41,777 nucleotides of DNA from NCBI GenBank assembly GCA_965649055.1, contig CBFGJG010000013.1, forward strand, positions 1 through 41,777, read 5' to 3'. A program made the translations under genes and the position numbers. The notes under the pieces are model-generated. The model worked only from the letters and a program-made list of their open reading frames with translations, made no database searches and was not told the origin of the DNA. Below are positions 12,531 to 21,909 of this stretch, in pieces; positions within the stretch are counted from its first letter, which is position 1; every line of letters starts with the position of its first letter. Origin of the DNA: a candidate division WOR-3 bacterium. GTDB lineage: Bacteria > Hydrothermota > UBA3072 > B12-G15.

Positions 12531-13853
12531 AAGCCTTAAGACTAACATAATATTTCTTATACCAAATTCAAACGGGTATGCTATTTCTAAATTAAATCTA
12601 TCTTTTGAAATACCACAACCAGTAGAATATTTTTTGTTAAATGCAGGATAAATATTGTAATCGAAGAATGCATAAAATCCAAAATCTCTTTTTTTGAAGA
12701 AATCATAATTTAAACTGATAGAAATAACTCGATAGTTATATGTGTAAGGATAGCCTCGAACTACCGGGAAAAAGTTTTCTTCGTCTTTCATATTTTTGTT
12801 TGTAAAAGAAGAAATTGTATTTAAAGAAAATTTATAAAAATTGAATTCAGTTTTTATTTTTAAGATAAATGAATTTTTAAAATCTGAAAATGACTCAAAG
12901 GTATTTTTTCTATATCCTAATTGAAAGTTATACAAGACAAGTTTCTGCTTAATAGCACCTGTCTTATCTGTATATTTTATTCCATCCCCAATCCTGTAGT
13001 TTCTGAATTTATAAACGTGTTTGAAAGAAAAGTTATTTATAATAAGCGTATCAAGACTTGTTATCAGTGAATAGGATATAAAAAAATTATTTCCCGTTTG
13101 TAATAAAGGTATCTGAAGTCTTGTAGAAAATGTCTTTTCATTGATAAGTCTTTCGAATTTTATCCTCCATAATGTTCCAAAACCAAAAGGGTTAAAAAAA
13201 TCACCCGTGAAATTAAAATTCCAGCCTTCGTTGCTTTGAAAGGATAGACCACCTGAAATATCACTGTAGCTTATATTTGAGACAAAAAGTATAACATTTA
13301 TTCCGTTATCTTCTTCCTGAAGACTAAACGAGTCTACTTTTATAATTTTTGAACTGTTTATATTTTTTATCTCATTTAATAAATTCCTTCTTGAATATGG
13401 TAGATCAGATAGCTTGTATATTTCTTTAAATAGACTTCTGTTTCTGACATTTCCATTAAGAATAATCTTTTTTATTTTGTATAAATCTTTTAAGATAACT
13501 ATGAAATCTATATCTACAAATGTATCATTTATTGAGAATTCAGGAATTATCTCATTAAAAGGAAAACCAAAATCAGAAAAATAATAATTAATTGTATCTG
13601 TAAGGGCTTCCATATTTTTCTTTGTGAAAGGTTTCATTAAAAATATATGGAAAATAGAAGAATCAACTTTTATGGGACTTTGTATATTCACATTCCTTAT
13701 ATAGAATAAATTCCCTGTTTCAATAAATATGGAATCATTCCTTATAAATGAGTATGCTCCGAGATATCCATTTTCCAGATAATTTTTTAATTCCTTATCT
13801 AATAATTTTTTATTGTTGATAAATATTTCAGCCTGAAAGATAAAAAAAATCAC
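12501..13853 (-). CDS. Putative POTRA/beta-barrel outer-membrane protein (BamA/TamA-like), hypothetical
   Basis: POTRA-like segments (YLENGYLGA, YFSDFGFPF), GDFFNPFGFG resembling the N(L/P)FG barrel-start motif, and an aromatic beta-rich C-half. Confidence 0.5.
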   Translation of the reverse strand: MIFFIFQAEIFINNKKLLDKELKNYLENGYLGAYSFIRNDSIFIETGNLFYIRNVNIQSPIKVDSSIFHIFLMKPFTKKNMEALTDTINYYFSDFGFPFNEIIPEFSINDTFVDIDFIVILKDLYKIKKIILNGNVRNRSLFKEIYKLSDLPYSRRNLLNEIKNINSSKIIKVDSFSLQEEDNGINVILFVSNISYSDISGGLSFQSNEGWNFNFTGDFFNPFGFGTLWRIKFERLINEKTFSTRLQIPLLQTGNNFFISYSLITSLDTLIINNFSFKHVYKFRNYRIGDGIKYTDKTGAIKQKLVLYNFQLGYRKNTFESFSDFKNSFILKIKTEFNFYKFSLNTISSFTNKNMKDEENFFPVVRGYPYTYNYRVISISLNYDFFKKRDFGFYAFFDYNIYPAFNKKYSTGCGISKDRFNLEIAYPFEFGIRNIMLVLRLSPVDFFDNP

Positions 13854-14209
13854 TATTTCACATAAAGCGTTTCAGCAATCTCGTAATCAAAATAAATTAC
13901 CTTACTTTTTTTGAAAAAAGGGAATACAAGGCTGTCATAGTATGAAACATATATATAAGAAAATTGTGGATTTTTATCTATCATTAAATATGCCGTGTCC
14001 ACATTAATATTGTTATCCGTAATGTGTGTAATAATGTCATTCCTTGCTTTATCGAGTGTTATTGTTCCGGAGTAAAGATATTCAAGTGTTTCTTTCGCCT
14101 TTTCTTCAAGTCCTTTTTTTCTCATTATAACCTGGACATAGTTTACGAGAATATATACACCGTATGCTATTAGGCCAATTATGATTAGAAAGGATAAAAT
14201 CCTTTTCAT
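13853..14209 (-). CDS. Small N-terminally membrane-anchored hypothetical protein
   Basis: One N-terminal TM helix, then a helix and beta strands. Translationally coupled to its neighbours. Confidence 0.7.
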   Translation of the reverse strand: MKRILSFLIIIGLIAYGVYILVNYVQVIMRKKGLEEKAKETLEYLYSGTITLDKARNDIITHITDNNINVDTAYLMIDKNPQFSYIYVSYYDSLVFPFFKKSKVIYFDYEIAETLYVK

Positions 14210-14210
14210 T

Positions 14211-15371
14211 TTACCACCTTATATCTATTGCATCCTGTTTATATTTCCTTGCCCTTTTTAAACCATTTTCAGCGTATGTCTTCCAGTTTGCTTCTTTGGA
14301 AACAGATAAAGCCTTGTTGTAAGCATTTATTGATTTATCAAAGAGTTCTATCGACTTTGTTACTGATTCGTAATCCATTTTCTTCAGGAAGTCAACACCA
14401 TAATAGAGATAGGCATCTCCAAGAAAACAATATAATATTTCATCCTGTGGAGAAATCTTCAAGGCATTTTCTATAGCATTTATTGATTTCCCATAGAGCT
14501 TCTGTTTATTATAAAGATCAATCAAAGCATAGTATGCTGATATGTTATTCGGTTCTATCTCAAGTGCTTTATTCAGCTCTTGTTCAGCGAGTGTATATTT
14601 ATTCATCTCTGAATATGTTTTTCCCAATTTTATCCTGACACTTACAAAATTAGGTATCTTTTCAAGGACAAAATTATATTCGTTGATTGCTAACTGATAT
14701 TTTTTTGCTTCAAAATAATTATCCCCAAGTTTAACACGGACTTCAATATCTTCAGGGGCAAATTCTTTTACAGATTCAAGCAATTTTATTGATTTATCTG
14801 TTTCACCAAGTTTTTGATAAACAGTTCCAAGTCTGAAAACAATCCCCATATCCTGTGGTTTCAATTCATGGGCTTTCTCATAGTATTTTGCAGCATCTTT
14901 TAAATTACCAAGTTCTTCTTCAAGACCACCAAAAACATCCCACAAATCGGCAATTGTTGAATCCCTTTTCAATGCTTCAATGAATAGATTTCTTGCTTTA
15001 TCATATTGTTTTAATTTTGTATAAAGATTTCCAAGACATCCAAGTATCTTAGGATTATCAGGATTATTTTTTAAGAAATTAATGTATGCACTTTCAGCAG
15101 AGAAATTATCACCCTTATCCCTGAAAGCCTTACCGAGTGCAATACATGCATCTGTATAGCTTGTGCTTTCAGCAATAGCCTTTAAAAAATTATTTATTGC
15201 TTCATCGTATCTTTTCTGTCTCAAATACTCGTATCCAATACTGAAATCCCTTTTTGCAGGTGAAATTTCTTCTTTCTTCTCTTCCTTTTTAACTTCTTCC
15301 TGTTTTATTTCCTGTTTTTTAGCGCAGGATAGAAAAGATATAAATAATATTATCCAGATGATTTTTTTCAC
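14211..15371 (-). CDS. TPR-repeat lipoprotein
   Basis: Lipobox FLSC and many TPR units (LG..Y...G.Y..A...Y..AL...P). Confidence 0.85.
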   Translation of the reverse strand: MKKIIWIILFISFLSCAKKQEIKQEEVKKEEKKEEISPAKRDFSIGYEYLRQKRYDEAINNFLKAIAESTSYTDACIALGKAFRDKGDNFSAESAYINFLKNNPDNPKILGCLGNLYTKLKQYDKARNLFIEALKRDSTIADLWDVFGGLEEELGNLKDAAKYYEKAHELKPQDMGIVFRLGTVYQKLGETDKSIKLLESVKEFAPEDIEVRVKLGDNYFEAKKYQLAINEYNFVLEKIPNFVSVRIKLGKTYSEMNKYTLAEQELNKALEIEPNNISAYYALIDLYNKQKLYGKSINAIENALKISPQDEILYCFLGDAYLYYGVDFLKKMDYESVTKSIELFDKSINAYNKALSVSKEANWKTYAENGLKRARKYKQDAIDIRW

Positions 15372-16762
15372 TTAGTCCTCCTTTTCTTAGGTTGTGTCTT
15401 CTTTTTCTCTTCTATTTTTGTAGTTTCTTTTTCTGGTATGAATGTGAATTCAGGCCTTGTTGTTATTAACGATTTTAGAACATCTTTGGCATGTGCCTTT
15501 AAGAAAAATGTAATCGTGGAATCAGAAGTGTAGTATTCAGGTGTGGATGAGAATGATTCATTTATCAAATCCTGGAGATTGTTTATATAGTTGACAATTA
15601 ATCTTACTTCTGTATTTTGATTATTCTTTGCTCTACATTTTATGATATAACCACCATCTTTTGCCTCAAGAGAAGGATTGGATGAAACAAGGTGAAGACC
15701 ATCTTTAAAATATAAAGAATCAGCGAAGTAAATACTCAAATCACCGGTAGGCAAACCACCAAATTCATTCTTATAATAAGAAACAAGTAATCTTAATTTA
15801 TCAAGGTAATTATATACATTCATAACAGAGTTTGCAAAAAGGGTTTGTTCCCTCTGTTTTGTAAGGAAATCCTTAAGGAGAACCATTGTTGTCGGTAATT
15901 TCTTTTTAAAAACAACAAGGTAATTTAAGAATTCAATATTCCAGTAGTTATTTTTGTAAATATTTATATCAGTCCTTAATTTTTCAACAAGTTCAATTTC
16001 ATAAATATTATTTTTGGGATCAAGTAGATTCAAGATTTTGTTTAAAGGGATATCTGTGTTTGGCAATCCCTTTTCACTGAATGTTGTTGTTGAAACCTTT
16101 GTGGCATTTGAATATATTGTATCAATAGCAGTTTTTAAATATTCTATAAGTGCTTTTGTTGTGTCGTCTATCACTACCAAATCCTGGATAGTTGTTTTTA
16201 TTGATTCTATATTTTTAATAATCCTATCTTTGTCATTTACGATTTTATCGAGATAATATTTCTTTTTCTCAACAACATTAACCTTTGAGATGAGATTATT
16301 CAATCTATCAAAATAGCGAAGAGGGTCATCGGTTTCTATTCTTTTCCCTGTCCTTATCTCCATTTCAAGAAGCCCCAGTATACTGTCTATTTCCGTAGTT
16401 ATTACAAATATATCATAAACAAGGGAAGAATCTGCAAGCATTGACTTTCTTCTGAATTCTGATACAACACCTGTTATCTGACTTATTGTGTTATCAGCAC
16501 TCATAAGCGTCATTTTGTAGTCAGTTATGTCTTTTGTCTCAAATACAACTTCTTTGGTGAAAAAGGGGGATATAAGTTTTAACCAGTCTGAGTTATTACC
16601 AGGGTATGCACCTTTATTAAATCTGTATTCTTCAAGGGCATTTCTTAATTTTATAATGGTTCCCTGAGCCTTCAGTATCTTTGCCTGGTCTGAAAAACCA
16701 CCAACTTCAGAACATCCTAAAAATAAAATAACCGGAATTAAAAATAAAAACAATTTTTTCAT
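15368..16762 (-). CDS. Hypothetical lipoprotein with pseudopilin/GspG-like motifs
   Basis: Lipobox FLGC, IKLRNALEEYRFNKGAYP and KLRLLVSYYKNEFGGLP. AGGAG SD. Confidence 0.65.
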   Translation of the reverse strand: MKKLFLFLIPVILFLGCSEVGGFSDQAKILKAQGTIIKLRNALEEYRFNKGAYPGNNSDWLKLISPFFTKEVVFETKDITDYKMTLMSADNTISQITGVVSEFRRKSMLADSSLVYDIFVITTEIDSILGLLEMEIRTGKRIETDDPLRYFDRLNNLISKVNVVEKKKYYLDKIVNDKDRIIKNIESIKTTIQDLVVIDDTTKALIEYLKTAIDTIYSNATKVSTTTFSEKGLPNTDIPLNKILNLLDPKNNIYEIELVEKLRTDINIYKNNYWNIEFLNYLVVFKKKLPTTMVLLKDFLTKQREQTLFANSVMNVYNYLDKLRLLVSYYKNEFGGLPTGDLSIYFADSLYFKDGLHLVSSNPSLEAKDGGYIIKCRAKNNQNTEVRLIVNYINNLQDLINESFSSTPEYYTSDSTITFFLKAHAKDVLKSLITTRPEFTFIPEKETTKIEEKKKTQPKKRRTK

Positions 16763-16780
16763 CTATAACTCCTTTCTCAC

Positions 16781-16853
16781 TGGAGCCGACGGGATTTGAA
16801 CCCGTGACCTCCTGACTGCCAGTCAGATGCGCTACCAATTGCGCCACGGCCCC
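16781..16853 (-). tRNA. tRNA-Ala(GGC), CCA not encoded
   Basis: Reverse complement GGGGCCGTGGCGCAATTGGTAGCGCATCTGACTGGCAGTCAGGAGGTCACGGGTTCAAATCCCGTCGGCTCCA folds as a cloverleaf with G3:U70 and anticodon GGC. Confidence 0.97.
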
Positions 16854-16920
16854 TAAATAAAAGGTTTTTTTAAATATTTATAGATTTTATTCATTTGTCA
16901 AGAAAAAAACAAACTTTTTC

Positions 16921-16948
16921 TTGACTATTTTTTTACTCTTTTTACTAT
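16921..16948 (+). promoter_or_regulatory. Putative promoter TTGACT-N16-TACTAT; leaderless hldD
   Basis: ATG lies 6 nt after the -10 box and there is no SD. Confidence 0.55.
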
Positions 16949-16954
16949 AAAATT

Positions 16955-17944
16955 ATGTTTGTTATAACAGGTGGTTCCGGATTTATAGGAAGTGCTTTGT
17001 TATGGGGTCTTAACAGAATAGGTATTGATAAAGTTATGATTGTTGATTTATTAAAAGAGAATAGAGAAAAATTTAAGAATATAGAACATCTTAAATTCTT
17101 TGATATTATAGATGCCTGGGATTTCCTGAATGATTTCAGGAAATTTAGCGAGATAAAAATAGTATTCCATTTTGGTGCAATAACAGACACGACATACAAT
17201 GACGAAAATATAATGATGAAGAATAATTATGATTATTCTGTTTCACTCACGAAATTATGCAGGGAAAAAGGTCTGAATCTTTTTTATGCTTCGAGTGCTG
17301 CAACATATGGAACAGGTGATTATTTTGGTGATTCTGAAGAGTCTTTAGAATCATTAAAGCCGGCGAATCTATATGCAAGATCAAAGCATCTTTTTGATTT
17401 ATGGGTTAAAGAAAATAAATTGTTTGATTTTTTAACTTCCATTAAATTCTTCAATGTTTACGGACCAAATGAATACCATAAAGGCAGAATGGCTTCTTTT
17501 ATTCTACAGGCATATAATCAAGCTAAAAATAATGGTGTCGTAAAACTTTTTAAGTCCTTTAAAGAAGGTGTGAAAGATGGTGAACAAAAAAGGGATTTTA
17601 TATACATAAAAGATGTTGTGGATATTCTGATTTTTATTTATGAGAGGAATCTCAAAGGAATATACAATGTTGGAACTGGAATGGCAAGGAGTTTCAATGA
17701 TATTGTAAAATCTTTATCGGTGAGTATGGGAAAAGAGATAGGAATAGAATATATAGATATGCCTTATTCACTAAGGAGTTCTTATCAATATTATACATGT
17801 GCAGATATAAGAAAGTTAAGGATTTCAGGTTACAGTAAGGAATTTTATTCACTTGAAGATGGAATAAATGATTATGTGAAAAATTATTTAGAAAAGACAC
17901 TTTATCTTGGTAAACAAAATAAAGAAAAAAGGGAGGAAATATGA
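16955..17944 (+). CDS. hldD: ADP-L-glycero-D-manno-heptose 6-epimerase
   Basis: ITGGSGFIGS, HFGAITDT, YASSAATYG, YARSK and FFNVYGPNEYHKGRMAS motifs. Confidence 0.93.
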   Translation: MFVITGGSGFIGSALLWGLNRIGIDKVMIVDLLKENREKFKNIEHLKFFDIIDAWDFLNDFRKFSEIKIVFHFGAITDTTYNDENIMMKNNYDYSVSLTKLCREKGLNLFYASSAATYGTGDYFGDSEESLESLKPANLYARSKHLFDLWVKENKLFDFLTSIKFFNVYGPNEYHKGRMASFILQAYNQAKNNGVVKLFKSFKEGVKDGEQKRDFIYIKDVVDILIFIYERNLKGIYNVGTGMARSFNDIVKSLSVSMGKEIGIEYIDMPYSLRSSYQYYTCADIRKLRISGYSKEFYSLEDGINDYVKNYLEKTLYLGKQNKEKREEI

Positions 17945-18984
17945 ATCTTCTTGTAACTGGTGGTTCTGGCTTTTTAGGTTATCATATATGCAACAGGCTT
18001 AAAGATAAATTCAAAAAAATTATAATAATTGATATTGCACCGATAGATAGGAATGAATATCCTGAAAATATTGAATATTTTAATGTTGATGTTAGGGATT
18101 ACGAAGGTGTCCTTGAGAAGATGAAGGGTGCTGATTTAATCGTCCATGGTGCCGCAGCATTACCATTATGGAAGAAAAAAGATATTTTTTCAACAAATGT
18201 TGATGGAACCGTTAATGTTTTAAAGGCAGCAAAGGAATTGAATAAGGAAAGGGTTGTCTTTATATCATCAACCGCTGTTTATGGTATACCTGTAAGACAC
18301 CCAATATACGAAGATGATAGACTCCAAGGTGTTGGCCCATATGGTGAAAGCAAGATACTTGCTGAAAAAATTTGTGAGGATGAGAGAAAGAAAGGAATGA
18401 TAGTCCCTGTTATAAGACCAAAGACATTCATAGGAACCGGAAGGATGGGTGTTTTTTACATACTTTATGACTGGGTATATAGTGGGTGTAGAATCCCGAT
18501 AATTGGTGATGGGAAGAACAGATATCAATTACTTGAGGTTCAGGACCTTGTTGATAGTATTTATAATGCTTTAACATTGCCTGAAAGAGATGTGAATGAT
18601 ACTTTCAATATAGGTGCAGAGAGGTTCAATACAGTTTACGAAGATATAACAGAATTTTTGAATTTTGCAAATACAGGTTCAAAGGTTTTAAGGACACCTG
18701 CTAAACTTGTGAAGTTCTTCCTTGAAATTGCTTGGTATTTAAGGATTTCACCTTTATACAAATGGGTTTATGGGACAGCAGACAAGGATTCGTTCGTATC
18801 CATTGAAAAGGCCAAAGATAGATTAAAATATAGACCAAGATTCAGCAATGCAGATGCGTTGATAAATTCTTATAAATGGTTTCTTGAAAACAGGGAAGAG
18901 ATACTTGGCGTTTCAGAAGGAATAACACACAGGGCACCCTGGAAGCAGGGAATTTTAGGAATTTTTAAGAGGATACTTAAATAG
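17941..18984 (+). CDS. NAD-dependent epimerase/dehydratase (extended SDR)
   Basis: GGSGFLG, SSTAVYG and YGESK motifs. Confidence 0.88.
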   Translation: MNLLVTGGSGFLGYHICNRLKDKFKKIIIIDIAPIDRNEYPENIEYFNVDVRDYEGVLEKMKGADLIVHGAAALPLWKKKDIFSTNVDGTVNVLKAAKELNKERVVFISSTAVYGIPVRHPIYEDDRLQGVGPYGESKILAEKICEDERKKGMIVPVIRPKTFIGTGRMGVFYILYDWVYSGCRIPIIGDGKNRYQLLEVQDLVDSIYNALTLPERDVNDTFNIGAERFNTVYEDITEFLNFANTGSKVLRTPAKLVKFFLEIAWYLRISPLYKWVYGTADKDSFVSIEKAKDRLKYRPRFSNADALINSYKWFLENREEILGVSEGITHRAPWKQGILGIFKRILK

Positions 18985-18993
18985 GAGGATAAT

Positions 18994-20733
18994 ATGAAGG
19001 CTTTTCTTACAGGTAATGAGGCAGTAGCAAGGGGTGCATATGAAGGTGGTTGTCATATCGCCACTGCGTATCCAGGGACTCCAAGTACTGAGATACTTGA
19101 AAATATTGCCCAATACAATGAAATATACAGTGAATGGTGCACTAATGAGAAGGTAGCACTTGAGGTAGCAGCAGGTTCAAGTTTTGCAGGTGCAAGGGTT
19201 TTGACTGCAATGAAACATGTTGGATTGAATGTTGCAGCAGACCCGTTATTCTCCCTTTCATACATAGGTGCAACCGGTGGGTTCATCATAGTTTCAGCAG
19301 ATGACCCTGGTATGCATTCTTCACAGAACGAGCAGGATAATAGGAACTATGCCAAGTTTGCAAAGATACCGTTACTTGAACCTTCTGATTCACAAGAGGC
19401 AAAGGATCTAACAATCCTTGGATTCAAAATAAGTGAGGATTTCGATACACCTGTTCTTCTGAGGCTTACAACAAGGATTTCACACTCTTCAGGTATTGTT
19501 ACACTTGGTGAGAGGAAAGAAGTCCCAATTAAAGGGTATGTGAAGGATTTTACAAAGAGGATAATACTTCCTTCAAATGCGAGGAAGCTACATCCTATTG
19601 TTGAAGAAAGACTGATTAAATTGAAAGAATTTTCAAATAATTTTGAATATAACAGGATTGAAGAAGGTGATAAAAAAATTGGGTTTATAACAGATTCAGT
19701 ATCCTATCAGTATGTCAAAGAGGTCTTCCCTGAAGCATCTGTTTTGAAATTAACAATGACATGGCCAATGCCGGATGATTTAATCAAAAGATTCAGTGAT
19801 ATGGTTAATGAATTAATAGTAGTAGAGGAAAACGACCCATTCATTGAAGAATACATAAAGGCTATGGGTATAAAGGTTAAAGGTAAGGATAGAATTCCGG
19901 TAGTTGGTGAATTAAATCCTTATATTGTTGGTGTTTCTCTGGGGAAGATGAAAAAAGTCGAAGAAGTAGAGAAAGGAGATATTCCCGTAAGAGCACCTAC
20001 ATTGTGCCCTGGTTGTCCACATATAGGTGTTTTCAATGTGATAAGAAAATTAAAGCTCATAGCAACAGGTGATATAGGTTGTTATACACTCGGTGCTTAT
20101 CCACCATTGAATGCACTTGATACCTGTGTAGAAATGGGTGCATCTGTAGGGAATGCATACGGTATCCAGATAGCATTAAAGGACGAAAAAATAAAAAAGA
20201 AGGTTGTTGGTGTTATCGGTGATTCTACATTCTTCCATTCAGGTATTACAGGTTTATTGAATATTATTTATAATGGTGGTATAACAAAGATAATAATCCT
20301 TGATAACAGGACAACAGCAATGACAGGGCATCAGGGGCATCCGGGAACAGGCAAGAAATTGAAGGGAATTGGGAGGACAGTTGATTTATATAATTTTATA
20401 AAAGGAATGGGGATTAATGTCTATAAGGTTAACCCATTTAACCTTAAGGAGATAACAGAAACATTTAAAAGAGAGATAGAAAAGGACGAACCTTCTGTTA
20501 TAATAGCAGAAGCACCTTGTAGACTTATACCTCTTAGCAAAAAAGAGAAATATTTTGTGGTTGATGATGAAAAATGTAATGGCTGTAAGGTCTGTTTAAA
20601 GGTAGGTTGTCCGGCTGTCTCATTTGATAAAAAGAAGAATAAGGCAGTTATAGATAAATTCTATTGTGTTGGTTGCACATTATGCGAACAGGTCTGTCCT
20701 TTTGGAGCAATCGTAAGAGGGGAGGAAGAATGA
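18994..20733 (+). CDS. iorA: Indolepyruvate:ferredoxin oxidoreductase alpha subunit
   Basis: GNEAVARG, YPGTPSTE, MKHVGLNVAAD, LCPGCPH, GDSTFFH and two C-terminal 4Fe-4S motifs. Confidence 0.95.
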   Translation: MKAFLTGNEAVARGAYEGGCHIATAYPGTPSTEILENIAQYNEIYSEWCTNEKVALEVAAGSSFAGARVLTAMKHVGLNVAADPLFSLSYIGATGGFIIVSADDPGMHSSQNEQDNRNYAKFAKIPLLEPSDSQEAKDLTILGFKISEDFDTPVLLRLTTRISHSSGIVTLGERKEVPIKGYVKDFTKRIILPSNARKLHPIVEERLIKLKEFSNNFEYNRIEEGDKKIGFITDSVSYQYVKEVFPEASVLKLTMTWPMPDDLIKRFSDMVNELIVVEENDPFIEEYIKAMGIKVKGKDRIPVVGELNPYIVGVSLGKMKKVEEVEKGDIPVRAPTLCPGCPHIGVFNVIRKLKLIATGDIGCYTLGAYPPLNALDTCVEMGASVGNAYGIQIALKDEKIKKKVVGVIGDSTFFHSGITGLLNIIYNGGITKIIILDNRTTAMTGHQGHPGTGKKLKGIGRTVDLYNFIKGMGINVYKVNPFNLKEITETFKREIEKDEPSVIIAEAPCRLIPLSKKEKYFVVDDEKCNGCKVCLKVGCPAVSFDKKKNKAVIDKFYCVGCTLCEQVCPFGAIVRGEEE

Positions 20734-21308
20734 CAAAATCAATAATCCTTTCAGGTGTTGGCGGACAGGGAATAATACTTGCAGGTGATATAATAAGCCT
20801 TGTTGCCATGGAAAAAGGTCTTGATGTGAAAAAGGCAGAGGTTCATGGTATGGCACAAAGAGGCGGAAGTGTTATAACAACTGTGAGATTCGGAGAAAAA
20901 GTATACTCACCTATTATAGGTCCAAAGATGGCAGATATATTGGTAGGTATGGAGAAGCTTGAAGGATTAAGAAATATCGAATATCTGAAAGATGATGGGA
21001 TAGTGGTTGTTAATGATTACAGATTTGACCCACTTTCTGTTTCATCTGGCGAGGCTGAATATCCCGAAGATGTGATCGAAAGGATAAAAAAGATAGCAAA
21101 TAAAACATATGTAGTAAATGGTAAAGATATAGCAGTTTCCCTTGGTAATATAAGGATAATGAATATTGTTATGCTTGGTGCACTTGCAAAGATACTACCA
21201 TTTGATAAGGAAATCTGGCTTAAAGTGATAGAAAGGAGGGTTCCGAAGAAATTCCTTGATATAAACATAAAAGGTTTTATTTCAGGTTATGAAGCAATGA
21301 GCAATTAG
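20730..21308 (+). CDS. iorB: Indolepyruvate:ferredoxin oxidoreductase beta subunit
   Basis: GVGGQG and EVHGMAQRGGSV. The start is ATG 20730 (ATGA overlap, GGAGG SD). Confidence 0.95.
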   Translation: MTKSIILSGVGGQGIILAGDIISLVAMEKGLDVKKAEVHGMAQRGGSVITTVRFGEKVYSPIIGPKMADILVGMEKLEGLRNIEYLKDDGIVVVNDYRFDPLSVSSGEAEYPEDVIERIKKIANKTYVVNGKDIAVSLGNIRIMNIVMLGALAKILPFDKEIWLKVIERRVPKKFLDINIKGFISGYEAMSN

Positions 21309-21333
21309 AACATTATCTTAGTGTTGTCAAAAT

Positions 21334-21360
21334 AAAATCAGGAACGAATTTTTTATATAA
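21334..21360 (+). promoter_or_regulatory. Conserved pilin upstream motif, copy 1 (AAAATCAGGAACGAATTTTTTATATAA)
   Basis: 25/27 identical to 21854-21880. Confidence 0.7.
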
Positions 21361-21380
21361 ATATTATAAAAGGAGTAAAA

Positions 21381-21776
21381 ATGAGAAAAGGTTTTACTTT
21401 AATAGAACTTATGATTGTTGTGGTAATAGTTGGTATTCTTATATCAATAGCAATACCTAACTTTGTGAGAATCAATGAAAAAGCAAGGGATGCAAGCCTT
21501 ATGGCAAATATGCACACTGTCCAGGTTGAAGTGGAACTTTTCTCTATCAATGCAAAAAGATATCCACAGAATGTTTCAGAGATTAAAACACCACCAAATT
21601 TCAAAAACCCATATTCATATGAACTCCCTGCATTACAGGATGAAAGCGAAGCTGATGTTCGGGGTGTTGTTGAATACAAGGTCACTGAAACATTTGATTT
21701 TTACTGGATTACAGGTATAAATGGTAAATTAAAACCTTTAGACCTTGTCTTAACACCTTCATCCCAGATGTTCTGA
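21381..21776 (+). CDS. Type IV pilin / pseudopilin
   Basis: Class III signal MRKG|FTLIELMIVV with E5, and AIPNF. Confidence 0.92.
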   Translation: MRKGFTLIELMIVVVIVGILISIAIPNFVRINEKARDASLMANMHTVQVEVELFSINAKRYPQNVSEIKTPPNFKNPYSYELPALQDESEADVRGVVEYKVTETFDFYWITGINGKLKPLDLVLTPSSQMF

Positions 21777-21777
21777 G

Positions 21778-21808
21778 GCAAAATGCAAAAAATTCGCAAA
21801 ATGCAAAA
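21778..21808. repeat. Direct repeat GCAAAATGCAAAA x2 (18-bp period), possible regulator site
   Basis: Exact 13-mers at 21778-21790 and 21796-21808 between the pilin genes. Confidence 0.6.
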
Positions 21809-21853
21809 GAATTTTATACAAAGAATCTGTAATTTATTGAAAATTAGAGAAAA

Positions 21854-21880
21854 AAAATCAGGAACGTTTTTTTTATATAA
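21854..21880 (+). promoter_or_regulatory. Conserved pilin upstream motif, copy 2 (AAAATCAGGAACGTTTTTTTTATATAA)
   Basis: 25/27 identical to 21334-21360. Confidence 0.7.
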
Positions 21881-21909
21881 TAGGTTAAACCCTAAAAAAG
21901 GAGGTATTT

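Noticed and set aside
16781..16853. tRNA as an integration site for an island
   Set aside because: No integrase and no duplicated tRNA 3' end was seen.
20664..20729. N-terminal extensions from the ORF track (iorB; likewise rmlB, prfA, prmC)
   Set aside because: They overlap upstream genes; downstream ATGs with SD or coupling match family N-termini better.
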